A DNA stretch of 63,732 nt, counting the filler, from Octopus bimaculoides (taxonomy: Eukaryota): NCBI RefSeq assembly GCF_001194135.2. It is 9 parts of 8 records of this genome, joined end to end, with 100 filler letters (N's around TTAATTAATTAA, not from the genome) between each part and the next. Parts side by side here need not be neighbours in the genome. Positions count along the whole stretch, not along the records: positions 1 to 17,759 come from NC_068982.1; 8 more parts are not named here. The stretch is one strand, 5' to 3'. The position numbers were made by a program, and so were the translations under genes. A model generated the notes under the pieces. It had not been told where the DNA came from. It ran no database searches and saw only the letters and a list, made by a program, of their open reading frames with translations. Numbering within the stretch: position 1 is the stretch's first letter; every line of letters begins with the position of its first letter. Shown here piece by piece: positions 1 to 8,818 of the stretch.

Positions 1-29
1 TTCTGATTTACAAAGGAATGTTCAGAGTA

Positions 30-720
30 GGACCATTCTCACGGGCCATCCTCGCTATATTCACTCACCTTTCAACAAAAATATTGGGTGGGGTGGGGTT
101 TGGGGTTGGGGTGAGGCAGAATTTTCCTTTCCATCATCGCTTTCCTTTTCAGGTGGAACTTGAAAAAGCTGATGAGGGCTCGGCCGAAGAGGTAAGTATC
201 CGCCTTCAGTCCTTTCAATCTCATCCACCACACTTCCCCCTTCACCAAAGCCACGAGACAAGAAAAAAAACTGCCTTCTCTTCTCAGCCAAAAGAAGACA
301 GCAGGGTGATCTTCCCGATGGACTCAGCTGAAAACCGAACCCGTCCTACACGCGTCAACAGCTGTTCAATAAAGCTCCACAAGTCAGTATTGTATGGACA
401 CTGGACTAGCGCAGTCAGCACTTCTGTGTCTGTAAAGCTTGTCTCGAAACAGCAAAGCTCCTCGGCGGCATTGCCAGGTCAGTCCAGGCTAGGCCAAGGA
501 TTTCAGGAAATTATCCATAGGCCCTAGCCCGAAAGTCTTCCAGAAAAGATTCCTCCCGAGTTTCCCCGAGGACGTCGTCGCTCTTGCTCGCCACTAATCC
601 CCTATAGAACTCCATAGTGGAACTTACACCGACCGACTAGCAGAGGATGAGCGCTAGCCGATACTTCAGGTGTCAAGCAACCTTTCTCGGCCTACGTTTT
701 ATCTAGGACTGTAGCTCCAT
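30..720 (-). mobile_element. Degenerate L1/Tx1-clade LINE ORF2 C-terminal fragment
   Basis: Minus-strand manual translation gives LFWKTFGLGPMDNFLKSLA*PGLTWQCRRGALLFRDKLY. Downstream are ...WSFIEQLLTRVGRVRFSAESIGKI and ORF 72-254 (VWWMRLKGLK...FFKFHLKRK). This resembles the region around the C-terminal zinc-binding domain of L1/Tx1 ORF2. Stops and frameshifts are present. Confidence 0.65.
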
Positions 721-854
721 CAATAAAGCGAGCTGCAGAAAATCCTGTCTGAAAAAAGGCGACACACACTCACCGTTAAGAAAACGCTGGTGATGTCGCG
801 GCCTCAGTGCATTTCTGGGCATCATAAGCCATGGCATGCTCGGTCCTTTACTCA

Positions 855-1058
855 CTGGGAACTGTAAGCAAAGATATAGACAATTGGCTGAAGGAGATTG
901 CAATAGAATGTTCTGTATAACTTCTACAAAAAGTTCGCCTCTTCGGGATAGGAATGATTATCAGGAGTGTTCTACGCACTTGAAAGACTATTGAACCTAA
1001 ATTTGCAGGTAGTAACCCGCTAACTACATAAATCCTGTCGGGAATAACCGAATAATAA
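855..1058 (+). mobile_element. R4/Dong-like non-LTR retrotransposon 3' end
   Basis: Translates LGTVSKDIDNWLKEIAIECSV*LLQKVRLFGIGMIIRSVLRT* (stop 981-983), the C-terminal GxLGxV...LQKxxLLGTxxIxRxxL motif of restriction-like-endonuclease elements. A short 3'UTR runs into AATAATAA at the gap edge. Confidence 0.7.
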
Positions 1059-1420
1059 NNNNNNNNNNNNNNNNNNNNNNNNNNNNNNNNNNNNNNNNNN
1101 NNNNNNNNNNNNNNNNNNNNNNNNNNNNNNNNNNNNNNNNNNNNNNNNNNNNNNNNNNNNNNNNNNNNNNNNNNNNNNNNNNNNNNNNNNNNNNNNNNNN
1201 NNNNNNNNNNNNNNNNNNNNNNNNNNNNNNNNNNNNNNNNNNNNNNNNNNNNNNNNNNNNNNNNNNNNNNNNNNNNNNNNNNNNNNNNNNNNNNNNNNNN
1301 NNNNNNNNNNNNNNNNNNNNNNNNNNNNNNNNNNNNNNNNNNNNNNNNNNNNNNNNNNNNNNNNNNNNNNNNNNNNNNNNNNNNNNNNNNNNNNNNNNNN
1401 NNNNNNNNNNNNNNNNNNNN

Positions 1421-1455
1421 GTGAAAGCACGTTATAAAAAATAAAACTACTGAAC
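1421..1455 (+). mobile_element. 3' tip of R4/Dong-like family (same as 4137-4257 and 53590-53920)
   Basis: GTGAAAGCACGTTATAAAAAATAAAACTACTGAAC followed by (AAT)n, near-identical to the 3' ends at about 4220-4257 and 53885-53920. Confidence 0.85.
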
Positions 1456-1497
1456 AATAATAATAATAATAATAATAATTATAATAATAATAATAAT

Positions 1498-1542
<45 letters not shown>
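1456..1542. repeat. (AAT)n microsatellite
   Basis: Direct reading. Similar (AAT)n tracts at about 2010-2065, 3327-3403, 4258-4304, 4660-4695, 52028-52148, 53527-53590 and 53921-53945. Confidence 0.95.
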
Positions 1543-1543
<1 letters not shown>

Positions 1544-1986
1544 GTCAAGACAAAGAGCGCGATTCGATTGTAATAGATATTTTTTATTGCTTGAACGATA
1601 TTTCAACAGTAAGTCTGTCTTGTTCAAAATAAGAAGTGATAAAAATTCAAAATTACAGAAATTTAAATTTAAAGTATGAACGAGAGCAACCAGCGTCCAT
1701 ACGTTGATGAAATGACATCATCAATCTTTAAGTTTCAATTTTATAACAGGCGAAAAGAAAAAGGCAGAAAAACGCCAGTTATAAAATTGAAACTTAAAGA
1801 CTGATGAAGTCATTCCATTAACGTATGGACGCAGGTTGCTCTTGTTCATACTTTGAATTTAAATTTCTATAATTTTGAATTTTTATCACTTCTTATTTTG
1901 AACTTGACAAAGACAGACTTACTGTCGAAATATCGTTCAACCAATAAAATATCTATTACAAACAAATCACGCTCTTCGTCTTGACT
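1543..1986. mobile_element. About 440-bp foldback (palindromic) element with hammerhead-like motif; probable Penelope-related inverted terminal repeat
   Basis: Arms 1543-1752 and 1773-1986 are reverse complements with scattered mismatches, separated by a 20-nt purine-rich spacer. The right arm carries a degenerate type I hammerhead at 1898-1940. Confidence 0.7.
1898..1940 (+). ncRNA. Degenerate minimal type I hammerhead ribozyme motif
   Basis: TTGAAC (stem I), TTGACAA (CUGANGA-like, 2 mismatches), A, GACAG/ACTTA/CTGTC (stem II), GAAA, TAT (palindromic AUAU stem III), C (AUC cleavage triplet), GTTCAA (stem I complement). Confidence 0.55.
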
Positions 1987-2003
1987 GTTTACTTTTAAAT
2001 ACA

Positions 2004-2065
<62 letters not shown>

Positions 2066-2067
<2 letters not shown>

Positions 2068-2750
2068 TAATGTGCTCTGACAAGGGAAAAAGATAAGCCA
2101 TGTTGTTAGTGAGAGCTATAAGCTCGAACAATGCGAATACAAAAGGAAACACGACAATGTGACCAGATATGTCCATTGGCTGTTGTGCGGAGAAGCAAAC
2201 CTCGAGAGAATCGAACAATGGTATGAGCACAAGCCAGAGGGAGTAATGGAAAACGAACATTACAAAATACTCTGGGATTTTAACATAGATTGCGACCAAA
2301 TCATAGAAGCGAAATGACCAGATATTGTGCTCATCGATAAAGATGAAAAAGAAATAAAAATAATAGATTTTGCAATACCAGGCGATTCGAGGGTGAAATG
2401 TAAGGAAACAGAAAATATTTAGAAATACCAGCCACTGCGGGATGAGATAGGAAAGTCATGGGGCATGAGGAAGGTAATGGTGATGCCGGTGATAGTTGGT
2501 GCTTTAGGAGCAGTTTCCAAGGGCTTTGAAAACATATTAAGACTATTGGAGCTGGCGTCAGGCTCGAGGCGATCCAGAAGACAGTATTGTTGGGTACAGC
2601 TCGCAGTCTATAAGGAGAGTATCGTCTCTTTGAGTCACGGGAGAAGGCACTACTTGAAACTTTTGGGGATTTGTTATTGCCTGCTTTCAAGTAAAGAATA
2701 ACCGGTAATTAAGAACTATCCGAGATTCTTTCAGAACAGTAACAACAGCA
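2066..2750 (+). mobile_element. 5'-truncated R4/Dong-like retrotransposon: CCHC knuckle remnant, restriction-like endonuclease and 3'UTR
   Basis: Translates ...ISHVVSESYKLEQCEYKRKHDNVTRYVHWLLC...WYEHKPEGVMENEHYKILWDFNIDCDQIIEAK*PDIVLIDKDEKEIKIIDFAIPGD...KYQPLRDEIGKSW...VIVGALGAVSK..., then IQKTVLLGTAR after a frameshift. It begins directly after (AAT)n. Confidence 0.9.
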
Positions 2751-2767
2751 ACAACAATGATAATAAT

Positions 2768-3326
2768 ATGCTCTGATGCAATACCAGGCAGTAGCTCTAC
2801 TGGCTTCTGATCTTAATTGATTGGAAGTGTTATGTACATTGTCTTGTCTTGGTATAAAAAGATGGGCTACAGCAAATATTCTGCTTAATACCACGGATTT
2901 GCTTGTCACTTGTTTGACCTTAACCAGTTGAGCAAACATGTCCCTTGGTGGCTGACGATATGTGCATCTCTGATCATGAGCAGAAGTAGTGGGGGAACAT
3001 CATAGTCATGTATTGAAAGAAATTCTTTGGGGTTTGGATAATTCAACTTTGGAAACATGGGTGTTTCATTCAACGTCTTCAATTAACCCTAATTCGGGGA
3101 CCTTTTGAACGGGATGAGCTACTCGACCTGAAGAAAATTCTAACTGGGCCCCACCTGCGAGGTCATGCGCTGTTTATCTTGATATGAGATCACCATGTCA
3201 CGCACATATGGTTGTGATGCATGTACTTGATGTACCCTTATCAGACAGATAGTCATGATGGGTATACTGGGCTTCGTATATTTTACCCCGGTGTCACTTT
3301 GATGGCATGCACTGCTCTCTCACGCA
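2768..3326 (+). repeat. About 560-bp non-coding unit bounded by AAT repeats; probable interspersed repeat or retroelement 3'UTR
   Basis: No credible ORF. It starts after TAATAAT and ends abruptly at a long (AAT)n, like the neighbouring retroelement tails. Only one copy is in the window, so repeat status is inferred. Confidence 0.4.
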
Positions 3327-3338
3327 ATAATAATAATG

Positions 3339-3403
<65 letters not shown>

Positions 3404-3404
<1 letters not shown>

Positions 3405-4257
3405 GAGAAAAATCCCAGCAATGGTTGAGAAGCNNNNNNNNNNNNNNNNNNNNNNNNNNNNNNNNNNNNNNNNNNNNNNNNNNNNNNNNNNNNNNNNNNN
3501 NNNNNNNNNNNNNNNNNNNNNNNNNNNNNNNNNNNNNNNNNNNNNNNNNNNNNNNNNNNNNNNNNNNNNNNNNNNNNNNNNNNNNNNNNNNNNNNNNNNN
3601 NNNNNNNNNNNNNNNNNNNNNNNNNNNNNNNNNNNNNNNNNNNNNNNNNNNNNNNNNNNNNNNNNNNNNNNNNNNNNNNNNNNNNNNNNNNNNNNNNNNN
3701 NNNNNNNNNNNNNNNNNNNNNNNNNNNNNNNNNNNNNNNNNNNNNNNNNNNNNNNNNNNNNNNNNNNNNNNNNNNNNNNNNNNNNNNNNNNNNNNNNNNN
3801 NNNNNNNNNNNNNNNNNNNNNNNNNNNNNNNNNNNNNNNNNNNNNNNNNNNNNNNNNNNNNNNNNNNNNNNNNNNNNNNNNNNNNNNNNNNNNNNNNNNN
3901 NNNNNNNNNNNNNNNNNNNNNNNNNNNNNNNNNNNNNNNNNNNNNNNNNNNNNNNNNNNNNNNNNNNNNNNNNNNNNNNNNNNNNNNNNNNNNNNNNNNN
4001 NNNNNNNNNNNNNNNNNNNNNNNNNNNNNNNNNNNNNNNNNNNNNNNNNNNNNNNNNNNNNNNNNNNNNNNNNNNNNNNNNNNNNNNNNNNNNNNNNNNN
4101 NNNNNNNNNNNNNNNNNNNNNNNNNNNNNNNNNNNNAAAACACTTTCAATACAGTAACCATAAGAGCACCACAGCAAACCACAGCACATACCCAAGGCGC
4201 ACAGAGCTGCGCTCGGTAGTGAAGTGAAAGCACGTTATAAAAATAAAACTACTGAAC
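3404..4257 (+). mobile_element. 5'-truncated R4/Dong-like element spanning an N gap
   Basis: Starts after (AAT)n with REKSQQWLRS, which resembles the R4 post-RT region. After the gap come the end of ..KTLSIQ* and a 3'UTR matching 53811-53920, ending in (AAT)n. Confidence 0.85.
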
Positions 4258-4264
4258 AATAATA

Positions 4265-4305
<41 letters not shown>

Positions 4306-4306
4306 G

Positions 4307-4407
4307 AGAAGAAGAAGAAGAAGAAGAAGAAGAAGAAGAAGAAGAAGAAGAAGAAGAAGAAGAAGAAGAAGAAGAAGAAGAAGAAGAAGAAGAAGAAGAA
4401 GAAGAAA
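4307..4407. repeat. (AAG)n microsatellite
   Basis: Direct reading. Another (GAA)n tract lies at about 31560-31608. Confidence 0.95.
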
Positions 4408-4454
4408 GCGGAAGGAAAACGAAAAATACAATTCTATATTTTTTAGATGAAGAA

Positions 4455-4545
4455 TTATGTACATTATTTACATTTGTCTTCATCTTGTTTGTTGTTACCA
4501 CAACGTCTTGGCTGATGTACACTCCAGCCTTCATCAGGTGTCTTA
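4455..4545 (-). mobile_element. Penelope-like terminal repeat fragment with degenerate hammerhead motif
   Basis: Reverse complement reads GACAC CTGATGA AGGCTG GAGTGTACAT CAGCC AAGACGTT GTGGT: CUGAUGA and stem II are intact, GAAAC is mutated. Homologous to 5873-5971. Confidence 0.65.
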
Positions 4546-4560
4546 AAGTATTTTCCCGAT

Positions 4561-4657
4561 TACTCAGGTCACTGCCCACGGGCATATGGCGTAATGGTTA
4601 ATAGCGCGGCTACTAACTCCAAGATTCCGAGTTTGATTCCAAGTAGTGACCTGAATA
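4561..4657 (+). mobile_element. Short tRNA-like (A/B box) element enclosed by a 13-bp inverted repeat, followed by (AAT)n
   Basis: A-box-like TGGCGTAATGG (4587-4597) and B-box-like GAGTTTGATTCC (4629-4640). Flanked by TACTCAGGTCACT (4561-4573) and AGTGACCTGAATA (4645-4657), a 12/13 reverse-complement match. Confidence 0.55.
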
Positions 4658-4720
4658 TTAATAATAATAATAATAATAATGATAATAATAATAATTGTTA
4701 TTATTATTACTATTATTATT

Positions 4721-4937
4721 AAGGCGGCGAGTTGGCAGAATCGTTAGCACACTGGACGAAATGCTTAGCGGCATTTCGCCCGTCGCTACGTTCTGAGTTC
4801 AAATTCCATCGAGGTCGACTTTGCCTTTCATCCCTTCAGGGTCGATAAATTAAGTACCAGTTGCGTACTGGGTCGATCTAATCGACTGGCCTCCTCCCCG
4901 CAAAATTTCGTGCCTTGTGCCTAGAGTAGAAAAGAAT
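4721..4937 (+). mobile_element. SINE family B (tRNA-derived head, Meta-domain-like core)
   Basis: AAGGCGGCGAGTTGGCAGAATCGTTAGC...GAGTTCAAATTCC...GCCTTTCATCCCTTCAGGGTCGATAAATTAAGTACCAG. More than ten homologous copies occur in the window. Confidence 0.9.
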
Positions 4938-5249
4938 AACAGTATTTCAGTATAGTAACAGTCGTGATTGTAATATCTCTGTTAATGCGAACAGATGACA
5001 ATATTCAAAATGGCGATATAAGCAATTTTAGGTTACTGTATTTTTTCAGTAAATGCAAATCTCGCCTCTGTTGCTAGAACTCGGCGACATTTTATAGTAG
5101 TTGAACAAGAAAGTGATGATGCATATGCCAACAGCTTGCTAAAATATGGTATACTGAAATAATTCACATGATTTATAGACATTTCCTTAAGAGAACAACA
5201 TAGATATAAGCGTAGCTATCAACAATGTAAAAAGAGAGTTTAGAAATCA

Positions 5250-5750
5250 TAACATCATAACACAATTGTAATACCTGGTTAAGTAAGTTTATATGTGTTT
5301 GCAAACTCACAACAGGATTAAATAAACAATGTAACGTTACAAAAGAGAAAAGCTAACAAGAAAGAATAGAGAACTGGAAGAAGAAATCACAGAATAGTTT
5401 TTTTCTATGTAACGAAGCACGAAAAGTAATCCAGGAGGGAGTATATATAACATTGATAGAAAGATTAACAAAACTAAGTACGACATATTGAGTTAATACA
5501 ATTGAAACAGAGAACAAACTCCACTGCAAACATTGGAACGCTTGAAATAAAAGATTGAAAATGTAGAGCATTCGAATACAAAATACCTGGTACGTTTAAA
5601 ATCACGCTTTAGAAAATAATCCGAAAGAATAGTTTAAAACAATTCGTGGTAAGAACAGATAAGTTGGTGAGATACCCCCTAAAGAAACAAAAAAAATATT
5701 TTGGAAACCTGTTTATGATAACAAAACTAAATATTATAGTTCTATATTTA
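5250..5750 (+). mobile_element. Highly decayed R4-like RT N-terminal remnant
   Basis: The short frame FKTIRGKNR*VGEIPPKETKKIFWKPVYDNK resembles the pre-RT region of R4-type elements. Weak evidence. Confidence 0.35.
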
Positions 5751-5771
5751 AGAGATGAGGAATTCTGTATA

Positions 5772-5971
5772 TTATTTACATTATTTAGATTTGACGGATA
5801 TTTGTCCTCATCTTGTTTGTTGTTAACACAACGTTTCGGCTGATATACCCTCCAGGTTCGAAATTTCCCCAAGACACCTAATGAAGGCTGGAGGGTATAT
5901 CAGTCGAAACGTTGTGTTAACAACAAACAAGTTGATGATAAATATCCGTCAAATGTAAATAATGTAAATAA
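5772..5971. mobile_element. Inverted pair of Penelope-like terminal repeats; right copy carries a hammerhead-like motif
   Basis: Arms 5772-5855 and 5887-5971 are reverse complements. 5873-5918 reads GACAC CTAATGA AGGCTG GAGGGTATAT CAGTC GAAAC GTT GTGTT. Confidence 0.7.
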
Positions 5972-6070
5972 AACTAAATATAACAAAAATATTGCCAGGT
6001 TATAAGAATATATAGTAAAAAGAGAATTGAAAAATCACCTCAAAGCGTTAAAATAAATAAAAATAAATGT

Positions 6071-6317
6071 TTCTTTCTCGAGCCATGCCAGGGTCATTAG
6101 GGCTGGTTTTCCGGTTTCAATGGTGCATTTATTCTCCGCCTGGATGGGACGCCAGTCCGTCGCAGGATTACTCACTTTTGCCAGCTGAGTGAACTGGAGC
6201 AACCTGAGGTGAAGTGTTTTGTTCAAGAATACAACGCGTTGCCCATCCAAGAATCGTTGTCCGACCACAATCTCACGATCATGAGTCCAAATACCCTGAC
6301 CACTAAACCACGCGCCT
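6071..6317 (-). mobile_element. SINE family D (tRNA-derived head, CORE-like centre, V-domain-like 3' motif)
   Basis: Reverse complement starts AGGCGCGTGGTTTAGTGGTCAGGGTA, then has a TTGTATTCTTGAACAAAACACTT CORE-like block and GCGACGGACTGGCGTCCCATCCAGG. A related fragment lies at about 51860-51955. Confidence 0.7.
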
Positions 6318-6424
6318 ACACTCTCGAAGCATTACAATGTATTATTTTATGCTTTCATTTAAACAGCTAGGACTGCATCTCAAAAACTGACCCTTCTTTT
6401 CAGGGCCGGGTTATATTTCATCCT

Positions 6425-6800
6425 CCAGCATTCTACAAGGATCAAGCGATGAGGACCCAATGGTGTGTTGCTCCCACATCTGGGATGTACAAAAGTATCC
6501 TGGACTCAATCCGAAGAAGGGTTACTCGAATAATTGGCATTACATATCTAAAGGACAAACACATGCCTCAGGTTCATAGGCATGTTGTTTCCTCTCTCTC
6601 TGACTTTTCCCTCACAACTATAACGGCTTCTCTTTGGAACTAGTTGGTGTTGTCCCTCATCCGATTTGGTACTTCCGACTCTTTCATCTCCCTGCCCCTC
6701 GTCATCCCTGTTATGCCCAGACCACTGCTTCAACACAAACCAGCCACAATCTGTTCCCTACTCATGTGCTTCCTGCATATGCTGACCTGCAACAATCTTA
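6425..6800 (+). mobile_element. Degenerate CR1/Jockey-superclade LINE ORF2 3' fragment
   Basis: Across frameshifts: FYKDQA.., CCSHIW, ILDSIRRRVTRIIG, VHRHVVSSLS. This resembles the LYKxxVRPxxEYCSHIW...LDxIQRRAxRII region of these LINEs. Confidence 0.6.
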
Positions 6801-7554
6801 ATGAAACATTGATGGCATGAATCTCGCGGGTCTCGGAGGGCCTGAAAAGGTCATCAGAACTGAGCCATCTCCCAGATTCAGTAAATTAAAGAAAAGCTCC
6901 GGAAACCGGATAAAATCCCTGCATAGTATAAAGTACTTGAATTAATAACATTCGAAACTTTAGTTGCCGTTTTACATACTGCACTGCTAGAAACCAGCCA
7001 TCTTCAGTGCCTTCGTAAACAATCCTGAACAAATCCCTATAATGCTCCTTACAGGTTGGTCAACAATGATCCTCAAGTAAAGGCCAAAAGATGACCCAGC
7101 TAACTATTTCCCTAGAACTTGTCAGCTGCCAGTTTATAAAAATGGTTTCTAAACTTTTGTGGAACAGAATAAGTGAAAATTAAAAAAAAAAAAAATAGCA
7201 AACCAGCATTAAATTCGTGTAGTAAAATCCCCCGAAGCAACTGACCAGTTCATTGTTAACAAATGGCACTGAACAATTAGAATATCAGCGAAAGGAATCT
7301 ATCCAGTAATTGCATTCACTACAGAAATGCTTTGATTTGATCTCACATTATTGGCTGTTCAAAATATTTGTTAAACTAATTGAAATAATTTCTTTTTGTA
7401 TTGAATATTCTAAACTGTTCTTGTTAGTGTTTATTCTAAGACAAAGATGTATAAAAATAGAGGAAGATACTTTAAAATGTGAGTAAATTAAGGACTTATA
7501 AAAATTAAATAACTATAAGAGAAACAACTATAACAATATATTATTTAATAATAT

Positions 7555-7946
7555 GTTGTTGTGTTGTTGGCACTCCGTCGCTTACGACGTCGACGGTTTC
7601 AGTTGATCCGATCAACGGAACAACCTGCTCGTGAAATTAACGTGCAAGTGGCTGAGCACTCCACAGACACGTGTACCCTTAACGTAGTTCTCGGGGATAT
7701 TCAGCGTGATACAGTGTGACAAGGCTGACCCTTTGAATTACAGGCACAACAGAAACAGGAAGCAAGAGTGAGGGAAAGTTGTGGTGGAAGAGTACAGCAG
7801 GGTTCGCCACCATCCTTTGCCGGAGCCTCGTGGAGCTTTAGGTGTTTTCGCTCAATAAACACTCACAACGCCTGGTCTGGGAATCGAAACCGCGATCCTA
7901 TAACCGCGTGTCCACTGCCCTAACCAGTGGGTCATTGCGCCTCCAC
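7555..7946 (-). mobile_element. SINE family C (tRNA-Arg-like head), full length with 12-bp TSD
   Basis: Minus strand starts GTGGAGGCGCAATGAC...GGTTTCGATTCCCAGA and ends GACGGAGTGCCAACAAC. TSD ATTTAATAATAT at 7543-7554 and 7947-7958. Confidence 0.95.
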
Positions 7947-8574
7947 ATTTAATAATATACATCGAAAAATATTTAGGTTTGCCCATCCACTCTTGAGTTG
8001 GAAAGCGCCAGCTTGAGTGTACCAGAGCATCCCACGTATCTTCCTTCAGCTGCTCTTCGTTCTGATTTCTGGTGCAACTAAGGCGGTCGTTAACGTTATT
8101 TTTGTTAATTGTAGTGAGTTACAAAAATACCAACGAGTTTTTAAATGCACGTAGGATGCTGATGAATATTTTATTTATAATCTGCCTGAAGCATTTTTAT
8201 ATAAGTCTGCTTCTGGTAAAATAGTCTTCTGAGAATAATTCGTTATCAAACGTGTAGTTCATCTAGAAATACACGGCCCTCAGTTTCTCGTTAACCACTT
8301 CACAGCACACGGCTTTGCCCTTTAGAAGGGATTCCTCGCCTTTTCTTCTAGATGCTTCTTGTTGAGGTTTGATCTTTTCTTGGTGGGTTGCATCGTCTTT
8401 TGACTTCTCTTATTCGAGGCCTTTCCCATATTTTCTTTTTGTCTCTTCTCGTCTGGAGATTGAGATGCTATTGATAATGGTAGGGAGATGAGGGCACCTG
8501 GTCAATGGTTATCGAGATAAGACATGAAGTGACCTCCTACTTCATCGTTGTTTTCTTTTCTAGCAATGGAGCGT

Positions 8575-8780
8575 GGCTCTAGAATCGTTAGCACACCAGG
8601 AAAAAAGCTTAGCAGCATTTCATCCGATTTTACGTTCTAAGTTCAAATCCCACCTATGCATACTTTACTTTTCATTCTTTCGGGATAGATAAAATGAGTA
8701 CCAGTCAAGCTCTGGGGTTGATACAATCGATTAATCCCTTCCCCTGAAATTGCTGGCCTTGTGCTAAAAATTTGAAACCG
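8575..8780 (+). mobile_element. SINE family B, diverged
   Basis: AGAATCGTTAGCAC...GTTCAAATCC...CATTCTTTCGGGATAGATAAAATGAGTACCAG. Confidence 0.8.
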
Positions 8781-8818
8781 TTATTTCACATTTTTCTTTT
8801 ATAGGCGCAGAAGTTTGC

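Noticed and set aside
7860-7946. tRNA-Arg-like sequence as a functional tRNA gene (also about 12530-12606)
   Set aside because: It continues into a shared 300-bp SINE body with TSDs, so it is a SINE head.
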